Shown piece by piece: positions 25,601-37,600 of a DNA stretch of 64,000 nt. The position numbers and the translations under genes are program-made. Within the stretch, counting starts at the first letter, position 1. Every line of letters starts with the position of its first letter. The notes below the pieces were generated by a model. The model was given only the letters and a program-made list of their open reading frames with translations. It did no database searches and was not told the origin of the DNA. The DNA comes from Ranitomeya imitator (taxonomy: Eukaryota), in NCBI RefSeq assembly GCF_032444005.1, contig NC_091289.1, forward strand, positions 121,024,001 to 121,088,000, written 5' to 3'.

Positions 25601-28600
25601 AGAGGGGGTACAGGGCACTGAAAACAAAGCCAAAAGGTTACTGAGATTGTGAAACTGTATATAAAACCAGAAACAAAAATTAAAGAATAACAACGTATCT
25701 GTAGATATCATAATAACTATTTACACACTTCTCACTTGGAAACCGTCCATGACGGTTATTTTACCTCTCGTCGGAGCTGATTAGTTATGTTCTATTAATA
25801 ATGACCGGTATTAGGAAGGGGGATTGAGGTGCGTTCTAGTATCTCTGAGCATCAAGTGGGCTAATCTCGTTCCTTGCATCCTCCTGGTATAAGGGTACCA
25901 TCTCACAGTGGCACTTTGGTCGCTACGACGGCACGATCCGTGACGTTCCAGCGATATACTTACGATCTCGCTGTGTCTGACACGCTCCTGCGATCAGGGA
26001 CCCCGCTGAGAATCGTACGTCGTGGCAGATCGCTTGAAACTTTCTTTCGGCGTCAAGTGTCCTGCTGTGGCGGCATGATCGCATGGTGTAACAAAGGTGT
26101 GCACGATATTGTATACGATGTGCGCATAGTAACCAACGGCTTCTACATCGCAAATACGTCATGAAATTATCGCTCCAGCGCCGTGCATTGCGAAGTGTGA
26201 CCGCAGTCTACGACGCTGGAGCGATAATGGTGCGATGCTGGAGCGTCACGGATCGTGCCGTCGTAGCGACCAAAGTGCCACTGTGAGACGGTACCTTAAG
26301 GCATAAGTATTATCATTTCAAGGTTGTGTTAAGAATCAGCTGTGATCCCATGCTGTCCTGTCTGTATCCTCCTTTGTGTCCTCCCTGCCCAGGAGATGAA
26401 TCTATAATTACACTGGCTATTGGTCTTTCAATGAGAAAATAAAAACACTGTGGCCTTGATTCATCATTTGTGGCTTTTTTTTAATGAAACTTTTATTTTT
26501 TTGTCTTGAGGTATTTACTGTGGTTAATTGCGCCAAATTCATAAAAATACATCAACGGAAACTCAAGGGAAATAAGGAAAGGCAGGTCATCAAAATGCCT
26601 TGCACCTTGTTCATGAATATCATCCGTGCGGGGCAGTCCCAGTCTCAGACTCAGTCAATGAAGAAAAACATGAAGGAAAGTTCTCCAAAAATGATCCCAA
26701 TGGATTGCCTTGCACAGGCGTGCGCTACGGAGGACAGGGAATGAACTTCAATCCAATATTGCGGCCAGCATACAGCCAGCGGGTAAGGAAAGGGTGAATC
26801 AAACACCTGAAAACTCCGCCCATATGACCGAAAACCGATCCTGCCAAATTCAGGTGACAGGTTCCCTTTAATTGAATGCAAACAAAAAAAGGCTCAAAAG
26901 CACACACAGACCTTGACAAAAAAACAGGTGCAAAGGCAATGATGAATTGTGAGAATCGTCTTTCACACACACTATTGTTTCTTGACAGGACAAAATAAGA
27001 AAATATGGAATTACAGTAGCTAATTTGATTCTTAATTTGCAACAATCCGCTATTTTCACTGATCTAAGCTTTCCTTGTGGTTTGAAGTTGTAAAGTTTGT
27101 CATTTTCTGTAATTTTTTTTTTAAGACCTAGGTGCACACATTCCTTCAGATAAAATATAAAAACTTTATTTATTTTACCATGGTTATAATTCCATGGCAG
27201 TCAAAAAAATGAAAAGATTATGACAAGGAAAAAGTGACGCGTTTCAATCATACTCCTGAGATCTTCACCAGAGCTAAGATTTTAAAATGTTACCTATGTT
27301 ATCTTAAGGAGCTGGAACGAATCTTTTCTCTTTGTTACGTACGTTTGATCAGAACAGAGCTCCGCGTAATTTGGACCTTTTTGTTGAGCAGCTACATTGT
27401 TTTTTTTAATTCACACATCATTTGCATACTAGCAATATCAGATTTAGTTTACATTTTCCCAAGCTAATAATTTTACCAATATATTAAATGATTGGCATTG
27501 ATATGGTGGCTGGTACCTGGCTCCACTGAAAATGCACTGGACAGCGTCTGACAACTGCTTCCGACTGCTGTTACTGTTGCGTGGTACACCTCGCCACATT
27601 CAGTGCCCTCGATCACACAGGTTTCAGTTGTAGACTGGCACATCAGTTCCTTCGGACCGCCAATGCTTTGCATTTCAGCCACATATGTATCTACACCTAT
27701 TCCACGGCTATTTGTCCACAATATCTGGGTGGTTCCATTAGCACACATACTTTTAGCAGACACATCTGTTGGTTTGCAAGGCGCTGTAAATCAGAAACAG
27801 AAAAATGTTGGTGGGAGAAGGATGTACAGTATATTATGCCGTCAATTATTACAAAGATTTTTGAAACAGTTGACTTTCATGGCACTTTTACTGGTCACAA
27901 GATGACATGCAGATAAGTCTGTGTCCATCTTCTAGAATCTCCATCAATCTGAAAACCAATTGGTTACTCTTCATCATAGTCAACAAAAAATATAGTGACA
28001 GTAAAATAGTAACTTTGTCTCATAAATCGATCTTTCAAATGAAGATAATAAAATTTGTAATATATCCTATCAGAGAAATATGATTCTTTCTCTACTTATA
28101 GGTCTGTGTTCACACAGTGCATCCATTCTGTGCTTTTTAGGCTTTCTATTTGTGGGATAACCATAGCGTTTTTGCCACAATTTCATACCTACAACATGTG
28201 AACATCTTAATCATTTTTTTTGTCTCCTGCACTGATCATTCACTTTTCAAAATTGCTCAAATCTGTCAACAGATCTGTCTGCAGTGCCTAGAAAAGTCTA
28301 TGGAGAAGGGAGAGCAGAGAAATGCTGAGGCTTCTAATACAGAGGGAAATCTGCTAAAAAAGCCAGAAACAAGTCATATAATAGTCAGAAATAGTATTAT
28401 TCCTCATGGACACAACAGCTTATTCAGAAAACTCACCTGAAAGTACAGACATTTAAAGGGATATTCCCGAAAATGTAATGTTAAGGCTCTGTACTCGGTT
28501 TTCTGTGGTAGTTTCACAGACATAGAGACGAGAATTTCACACTGGCGTTTTTTGCCAGACGTCGCAATGCGTCGTTTATGGCAAAAAACACATCCTGCAA

Positions 28601-31600
28601 AGTTGTTTGCAGGATGCGTTTTTGCCCCATAGATTAACATTAGCGACGCATTGCGACACTTTGCCACACGTCGCAACCGTCGTGCGACGGTTGCGCCGTG
28701 TTGTGGCGGACCGCCGGGAGCAAAAAACGTTAAATGTAAGATTTTTTGCTCCTGGCGGACCGCTTTTTCCGACCGCGCATGCGCGGCTGGAACTCCGCCC
28801 CCACCTCCCCGCACCTCACAATGGGGCAGTGGATGCACCGGAGAAATGCATCTGCTGCACCCGTTGTGCAGTGCATCAAACGCTAGCGTCGGAATCTCTG
28901 CCTGACGCATTGCGACGGGGAGATTCCGACGCTAGTGTGAAAGTAGCCTTAGCAATGTGCACCTCTACTCCATTCACACAAGGTCTCAGCACAGCCTAGT
29001 CAGGGGATTCAGAGTCTTGTTCTCGGTGTCGCTAGGGGTCTCAAGAGATACACCCCCATTGACCATTACATTATCCCTTATCCTATGGATAGAGGATAAC
29101 TTTAGATTCTGCGAATACCCTTTTTAATATTTTAATATTTAAAGATAATTTTCAGCAGATTACACACTACAGAACTGTAAGGTAAATATTTTGTGGTTAA
29201 TCTTTTGTAAAGGGAATCTGTCACTAGATTCATGTCATGCAAACCAAAGGCTGCATGAATCGAAAAACCACGGGGAGTATGAATCAGAGCATGGCTGCAT
29301 GTTTGCAGCCAAGTGCCCTTTTCTCTAAAACGCCCGGGCATTTCAGAGAAAACAAACCCTGAAGATCTGAGAACCATAGGGAGCGATTGGACTAGTCCGA
29401 TGCCTCCCCTAGCCGATTCTCCCTGCTCTGCTCTAGTGGATTGACAGGTCTCTCCCATTCACTCATGTATGTAGAGACCTGTCACTTACTGGAGTGGAGC
29501 TGAGAGAGCTGCACTGGACTGATCACATCTCTCCCTGAAGTCCCCAGCCGGCTCCTGGAACTATGATCTCTCTGAAATGCTGGAGGGTTTCAGAGAAAAA
29601 CACAGCTGGATGCAATTGTGCAGCCAGGATCTGATTCATGCTGCCTGTGGTTTTGACAGCATGAATTGAGTCACAGTTTACCTTTTAACACTGCAGATCT
29701 TGAAGGTGTCCAGGAGAAATCATATAGAGCGAATGTTTTAAAACAGACTTAACATATATAATACATCTTAGTCCCATAGCAGGCTATGGGTTCCAAATCA
29801 CAGATCCATACATGTATTCTTATCAGTAAGGGCATAACTGCTGCCATATGCAGTCATGCCGGCTTCTATTAGGCTCGCTGTCTCCGGTACTGGGGGGCTA
29901 CATTTGCCTATACGTGCACACAACATTGACACCAGTGCCAGTGGCTGAGAAAGAAGACTGTAGATAGGCAACATGCAAGCCAAAAAAGCCATGCTCTTCC
30001 TCTACAGTACCTCATATGCTTTAGAAGCAGAGTAACCGAGCCGCCTAACCTGGGAGAAGCTGAAAGCCTAGCACATGGACATCTGCCATCTCCTCTCACA
30101 GTATAGCCTGCTACCCTGTAGGAACATTTCTCTCATTATACCACTGCTACCATGACCTTGGTATAGTCGAAGGCGCTCTCTGGGAATACTAATACCCCCT
30201 TAATCCAACTAATTGTTGATACCCCTATTTAACAAAACCCACCGTTCACCCGCCCCCCATTACCAATTAATGACAGAGACATAATTTTGTTGGAATAGTA
30301 TAGGCCACAGCAGCCTCTTTTATTAAACATCAAACATTAACAATAAATGTAAAAAGCATTAACATTCTTTAAAACTAGGAGAAGTCCTTGGAGCCCCCAA
30401 GATTCTGGTGATTTAATAACCCATAACGTGAACAACAACTTAACCAATGTTTTACTCCCAGCCGTTGTAACCCTGGCTCGGGAGCACCAAAAACCCACAA
30501 GAGGCTTCACTGTTCACGGTACTAATCTGGAGATCCGACCACCCCTGCCGGAACTCCCCACCACCATTCACCAGATCCGAAACCAATTAATTCCAAAACG
30601 GGGGGAGCCATATGCCAATGGACCCCCCAAACCAATTTTCACCAACTCCAAGGACTCCCCCCAGCCGCCACAACGAAAGGCCTTTGACCACCTTAAAGGC
30701 CCGAGACCCCACCAAAACGAAAAGCTATGGCCCTTTCAATGCCCTCCTGAAGACCCAGAGTCCAAAAATCCATTCCCACGGCATTCAAATGAACACCGTC
30801 AGCCAACCAATATTCCCCTTTACTTTTTTCCAATTCGAAGTGCCTCACCGCCACGCCCCCATTCCGAGACATGAAGGCGGACACTGCCCTATTCACTTTT
30901 ATCCTGGCCTTATCGATTTTTTCTAGAGATCTCATATGCTTCCACCGTTTTCGTGGAACAATGTCAGACCAAACAATGGTCAAACCTGGGTACAATACCC
31001 ATAACCTCAAGCAGTCCTGCTTTATATCCTTTACCAACTCACGAAAAGGCCGGGCCCCCAAATCCTTACCCCCAACATGTAAAACCAACACATCCGGGGC
31101 TCTGTCCAAACTCACGCCGTTGTGAATTTCGCGCAACACTCGATTCCATGTCATACCCCGAAAACCAAGCCACCGGATCACTGCCACGCCTCGATCAAAA
31201 CCGAGCTGTCTGCCCTCCGTCCGCACATCGGCCCGCAGCGCTCCCCAATGGACATAAGAGTGACCGAAAATCCACACCAGTAATGACTGGCGACCTGAAA
31301 AACAAAAACACAAAACTCAAATAAAACCCACACCATAGCAGAACCTTCAACACACTCTTACAAGTCCCCACCAACCATCCCCTGTGGACGTACGTAACTG
31401 CGAAACCTGCTTGATCGCCACCTGCCGATCCGCCGAATGGCGGGAGCCCCGAGACCCCCAAGTGCAGCCTCAGTCGCAGCCCCTATCCGAAAAGAATGGG
31501 GGGCAAAACAGGCCCCATCTAGACCCAATAGCGCAATTTCTCTTTTAAAAACCGCTGTGAATTGGTAATGAGACAAACAAGAACCATCCTGATGGCACAA

Positions 31601-34600
31601 TAATGATCGATCGCGCCTAGGCTGAAGGCCCCAGTACCAGCGCAGACAAGCAACAGGACACATAGCCGAACCATCAACTGAACCCAACAAGATCCTGCTA
31701 CCCCGGCCCTCTTGATCCGATTTTGATCGCCGTAACCACAGTTCCACGTGACCATCAGACAAAAACACATCCCTGGCTAAAATTCCCCCCGACACCTGTG
31801 TACTAGGCGACACTAACTCGCCCACTCGAAAAGCCCCGAAAAAGGCTAATGAAAAAGCCAGCCGAAATAAACAAAGCTCCAAAACCGAAAAACATAAAGA
31901 TGACAACACCTCGCCCAACTTCTCTAAAACTTTAAAGGAAACCGGCCGCCTAGAATCCTTTTTTTCCGGCCTCCGCCTGAAACCCTTCACTGCTCTCTGC
32001 ACCAGAAAAGACTTGGTAATATCGCAGAGGCCACGCAATTTAAAACCAAAGGCCAAAGCCGCCAAGACTCTTGACACTTTAGAAGATGACCATCCAACCG
32101 ATGCCCCGCGACTCAACCATGGCAGCAGGACCCCCACCTGATCTTCCTGACTTGACCCACTATGTGCGGCCAAAAACAAGTCCTCCCACTTCCTCCAAAT
32201 CGCCTGATAAGCCTCCCAAGTTCTGGGAGCCAACGACGCCTTAATCAACGCCTCAGCGTCCCGGATACCACTAGCCAAAGTTCCGCAGGGCACTCCAACC
32301 CGACCGCTTGAGCCTCCGGAGCCAAAGACCGAAAACGATCGAACTGTAAACGAGAAAGAGAGTCAGCGATGGAATTACAAACTCCCGGCACATGCGACGC
32401 CGTTACGTGTGCATTCAGAGACAAACACAACAACACCAATTGCCTTAACACACGCATCACCGGGGGCGATGACGCGGACAAGCTGTTAATCGCACAAACC
32501 ACCCCCAAGTTATCACAGTGAAAACGAACTCGCCTATTTCGAAAAATCCCCTGCCACAAATGCACCGCTACCAAAATGGGAAAAATTTCCAACAACGCAA
32601 TGTTACGAACCAGACCGGAGGAAATCCAAGTCGCTGGCCATTTTGACGCACATCATTGACCCTGAAAGTAGGCTCCGAAACCCGACCCACCGGCTGCATC
32701 GGTAAATAACTCCAACGACTCATTGTCAATCACGCTCTCGATAAACAAGGACTTGCCATTATACGTCTTCAAGAACTCACTCCAAACCGCCAAATCCTCC
32801 TTGTGTTCAGACGACAACCGTATAAAATGGTGAGAAGCCTTAACTCCCGCAGTCGCAATAGCCAATCTCCTTGAAAAAACTCTGCCCATCGGCATGACCC
32901 GACAAGTGAAATTGAGTTTTCCTAGCAATGATTGCAACTCTCGCAAAGGCAGCTTGCGCAGGCGACCAACCCGCCACACCTCATCACGAAGGCCTGTCAC
33001 TTTGTCTTCCGGCAACTGAAACTCCCACTGAACTGTATCAATGACGATACCTAAAAAACACAAACACGTGCTCGGGCCCTCCGTCTTACCTGGGGCCAGC
33101 GGGACGCCAAAACGAAAAGCCACCCATTCTATTGCAGTCAAAATCCTAGAACAACAGTCAGACCCGGCCGGGCCAACGCATAAAAAATCGTCTAAGTAGT
33201 GCAAAATCGAATCACAACCAGAAACTTCTCGAACTACCCATTCCAAAAAGGAACTAAAAGCCTCAAACAGGGCACAAGATAACAAAAAACAACCCATGGG
33301 TAAACACCTATCGACAAAAAATCGATCCTCCCAAAAACAACCAAGAAGTCTAACGCTAGACGGATGAACTGGCAACAGGCGAAAAGCGGATTCTATGTCC
33401 GTCTTGGCAAGCAGAGCACCTTTTCCGCATTTTTGTACCCAAACCGCCGCCTCATCAAACGATGCATACACCACCGAACACAGCTCTGGATCAATGCCGT
33501 CGTTCACCGATCTCCCCTTGGGGTACGACAAGTGCTGAATCAGGCGAAATTTTCCCTTCTCTTTTTTAGGGACTACACCCAAGGGGGAGACGACTAAATC
33601 TTCAAACGGAGCCTGTTCAAACGGGCCCGCCATGCGGCCCAGCGCCACCTCCTTACGTAATTTTTCAGAAACCACATCAGCATGCAACAAGGCTGAACGC
33701 AATTTTTCTCTAACCAAGGGGACCGCAAAGGAAGGAGCCGGAATAACAAAACCTTCCGTAAAGCCTGACAACAATAAGGCCGCCTTTTCCCTATCCGGGT
33801 ATCTATTTAGATAAGGGGCCATCCTTTCCACCTTCACTGGTGTCTCCCCCATAAGAATTAACTGAACCTGACTTTGCCTTGCCTTTTTTAAAACATTTTG
33901 CGGCTCCTTGGGAGGTACCACTGCAGTGGGAACACAAGTGCTTAAATTTACAATTGACTCCAAATTTGCACTGTCCCTCATTAAATTGCCAGCAGACGCC
34001 CAGTTTTTGTCCGCCTGCCTGTCCCGCATTACCTGAGGTACTCGCAGCGCCGGGCTGTGAACCATGGCCAGAAGCCCCGGCCCCCCCATGAAAGGGGGTA
34101 CCAAACTTGTACTGCGCCATTACGCGCAACCAAAGACCAATATCTTTTTGGTCCCATCTAATGGCCTGCCGAACAGCTTTCCTCTGTCTGAACTGCTCGT
34201 CATACCTAAGCCACGCCTGACCGCCATACACCCTGTGAGACTCGCTAATGGAATCCATATAACAAAATAAACCCGAGCAATTCTCGGGCGCCGTCTCGCC
34301 AATAACACTGGCCAGGATAGCGAAAGCCTGAAGCCAATTGGCGAAAGTCTGGGGAATTAAACGCCACCGCCGTTTTTCCTCCTCCTCTTTTTTCGAATCA
34401 TTCTTCTTCCCCTTATCAATGTAAATTTTTTCCAGCGGGAGCAGTGAAAAAATTTCCACATATTCGTCTTTGCTTATCTTTTCTCTGACCTCTTTTTTCA
34501 GATGCGCCCCCAACGGGCCCTCAAAACACACATACACCTCTCCGTGGGCGCTATCGTCTAAATGGATCCTACACTCCTTCTCTTTCTCCGTCTGCACCAA

Positions 34601-37600
34601 GACGGAAACCGGTTCCGAGACCTCGACCTGCACAGCCGCTGCATTAACCGGGCCCGCCTGCTGACCAGACCACGCCCCCAAAAACCCCTGCGGACCTACG
34701 CCGCCATCCAATCTCGCCAACAATGTCTGCACGCCAGCTAAAAGCTCCCGGACCCCCGCCGCTTCGCCACCGCCTGCCAAACCCGCCACAGCTAAACCGC
34801 TAAGTGCTCCCTGACCACCACCAACTGCAGGCGAACTCGCATCAGAATGACACAAACGAGACACAGACGCATACTCACCGGGCTGCAAGGGGTCTGTGGT
34901 CCCTCCAGCCGGAGTGCTGGTATCCTGAGCTGGTATCCTGACGTCCGCGAACCGCCCACCGGTGAACCTTGATGCTGGCTATCCGAAACGCTGCTCTGGA
35001 ACGTCGCCGATACCTGCGGCACCAGATCCGGGCCCCAGCTGGCAGAGGCCGTCCGCGCTGGTGAATAAGGGGCCCGCTGTCCGCTGCCCGCCACGCTCCT
35101 TGCTGCCACAGGAGGCTGAACAGGCCTCAGCCCTGGAGCAGGGAGACCCCCCGCCGCCGCTGCAGGGGCCGGCCCGGCGCCGTCCAGCCTCGGGCCGCCC
35201 GCTCCTCCGGCCACTCCCGCTCCTCCAGATCCCGTCACTGTTGCCGAGGCAGGCCGCGCGGCAGGAACATCACCGCCGCGGCCTCCCGAAGCCCTAGGCC
35301 CCATGCGTTGTCCGGCGCGTCTAGGCCCCGCTCCCACCACGCCACGAGGTGAGGGCCTAGCCACCGCCGCTGTGCCCCGTCCGGCTGTCGGATTCCTCCC
35401 AGGCCGGGGCCTGCCCGCCGCTGCTCTTACCGGTGCCCGGCCTGGAGGGTCCCGGGAGGGGCTCCTGCGCCTGCGGGGGGCACGTGGTCCAGAATCCGGC
35501 GACAGCCGCTCGGGGGGCCGTGTCCGCCGAGCTCGCCGCTCCAAAGGGGGGACCACAGATGAAGATCCACCTCCGCCGCCATCCATCAAATGAGCCACCT
35601 GCGCTTCCAGCCTACCCGGAGGGCGAGAAGCTGCAGCCGCCCTCACGCTGGCCATGCTTCTGCTAAGGTGAGCGGGAACTGACCTGCCCCCGCCCCCTAC
35701 CCCTTACAATATCCCCTGCCACTAACCCCCCCCACCCTTCTAATTAGCCTAAAGACGCCCACCCCCTCCTCTCCTAACCCCTGTCATGTAGGCCTTCACT
35801 TAGCCGCGGGGGGGAGGGGGCGGCTCGCTCCGGCCTGTCCTTCTGTGCAGCTGTAGGGGATGCAAATGCGTATATTGTTCCCTCTTCTCCCCAACCCTTT
35901 TAAGTATGTATAATATGATGAGTATTTGATTAATGTGTTCGTACACGGTGGCACTGCTACACATAAGGAGTATTGTCACCGTATAGCAGAGTACTGCAAC
36001 ACTTTATGCGTATTACTCTGCATATTTACATATGTCTACATGCTTTGCACACATGTTGGTTAGGGAAAATATGTGCCACGGGTCCATATAATGTTAGGGG
36101 GCGTAGTACCCCAAGTTGGCTATTAGATGGGGGCATTATAGAACATAGACCTAATGATAGGTATAGTTAGAATAGGAGGGGCACGATGGGGATAAGTATA
36201 GTGGTGTAGCTTCCTGTTTTATTCAGTTGAGGCCTGAGTGCCCGTGCAGCTCATATCGGGGCTGGCTAGCCCAGGGTACTTTGTGTCCCGTAACGTTCCT
36301 TAGGAAGGATTAGGTCCAGAAAAGATATCCAGTGGGCCGGTACTAAGAAGAGAGAGAGTGAGAGAAAGAATACAGCAACAGCAGGATCAGCAGTGCAGGA
36401 ATAGTGGACTGCAGCTACTGAACAGAAGAAGGTTGAGCCATTTGGGAGAAAGTGCACCGAGATGTGGCAGATGTTTGTGAGTCGCCGCGAGGGCTAGGGG
36501 TCACTCGGTACTAGGCCCTGCGATTCACAGGGGGATGTCACGGTGGCTGTGACCCGGTCCGTGGCCCAGGGCGCCCATGTAAACGGGAAAGGTTGTTAAA
36601 GGGATAGAGTTTATGTTCGTAACGCCACCTGTGGTATTCGGTCAGTGGGGACCGACGCTGCTTTAAGGGGTCTGCTGGGGTGATGTTATGGCAGCTAGAT
36701 GGTATACCTTCCCACAGGTGAAGTATGTCCCCAGGGCTTCCCAATGTGTAGATGGTGGTATGGTGAGAGGCACAGAGAAGAACGAGGACACAAGGTTTCA
36801 GTCTCTTTACCTTTTACTGAAGACTTCAGCATCCATCCACAGTCCAGGGCACCAGACCACAGGGCAGGCAGAAAAGTCTGGGCAGTCCAGAGACAAGCAA
36901 GTTCCCCTGGGTAAGTCAGGTGGGAGCCTACCACTCTGCGCTTTCTGTCTCTAAGTCCTTGCTGCCACTAAGTGTCTCAACAAGGTATTTAATCGTTCTG
37001 CTGTCCTAGGACAGGTACCTGTATGGCAGGCAGCTCAGACCGTGTGAACTGGGGTCTGTTCTCGGTGACTCCAGGCTCCTAGGTGCTGCTGTGCCACAGG
37101 TAATTATGGGCGAAGTCCTTGTAGAACAATACCCTCCGGTTCTGCTCTGTGTTTTATAATCCACAAAAGCCTTGAGCTCCCTGTACCCAGATTCTTGCAC
37201 TGATACTCGTCAGAGGCCTGCTCATGGCCTCCTGGAGCTCTCTATTTCCTCTGTGCTCCACTCCTGTCTGTCCTCGCACACAGACTTCTACTACCACCTG
37301 AGCTGTCTCCGCCTCCAAACCAGGATCTTTATTGAGGGAAGCTGCCTTAAAACAGGGCTTGGAGCTCCCCCCTCCTGGCCTGGAAGTGGAAGGTGTTGTG
37401 TGTGTGTAAACCTACCAAAGGAAACCTCACTTGTCTCCAGACATAGCACTATCCTCCCCGTGAGGAAGACAACACTACTGTGGTACCCGAACTCCTGGGG
37501 TGCCACATTTGCGTGGGCCGCCATTCTCAGAACCGGGGTGAAATGGCAGGGAATGCCCCCACGGAAGGCAGAAATACTGAACGTTGAGGACACTGCAGAA

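Larger units (their letters stand above)
30275..35850 (-). mobile_element. Ngaro-type tyrosine-recombinase (DIRS order) retrotransposon: gag-like ORF1 with CCCH-type finger, RT/RNase H, YR and SGNH hydrolase; ends approximate
   Basis: Overlapping minus-strand ORFs in the order ORF1, RT, RH, YR, hydrolase. No DAM methylase ORF seen. YR plus hydrolase without methylase fits the Ngaro group (established knowledge). A complete split-direct-repeat 3' end was not found. Confidence 0.85.

Noticed and set aside
30100-30690. Split direct repeats (B1-A2-B2) expected at a Ngaro 3' end
   Set aside because: I found only one candidate B-like block (about 30275-30330) and no second copy of the 5' terminal sequence, so the repeat structure is not claimed. 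The element may be 3'-truncated.
34900-35850. GC/CpG-rich stretch as a host CpG-island promoter
   Set aside because: It is the low-complexity 5' part of Ngaro ORF1 and its leader.
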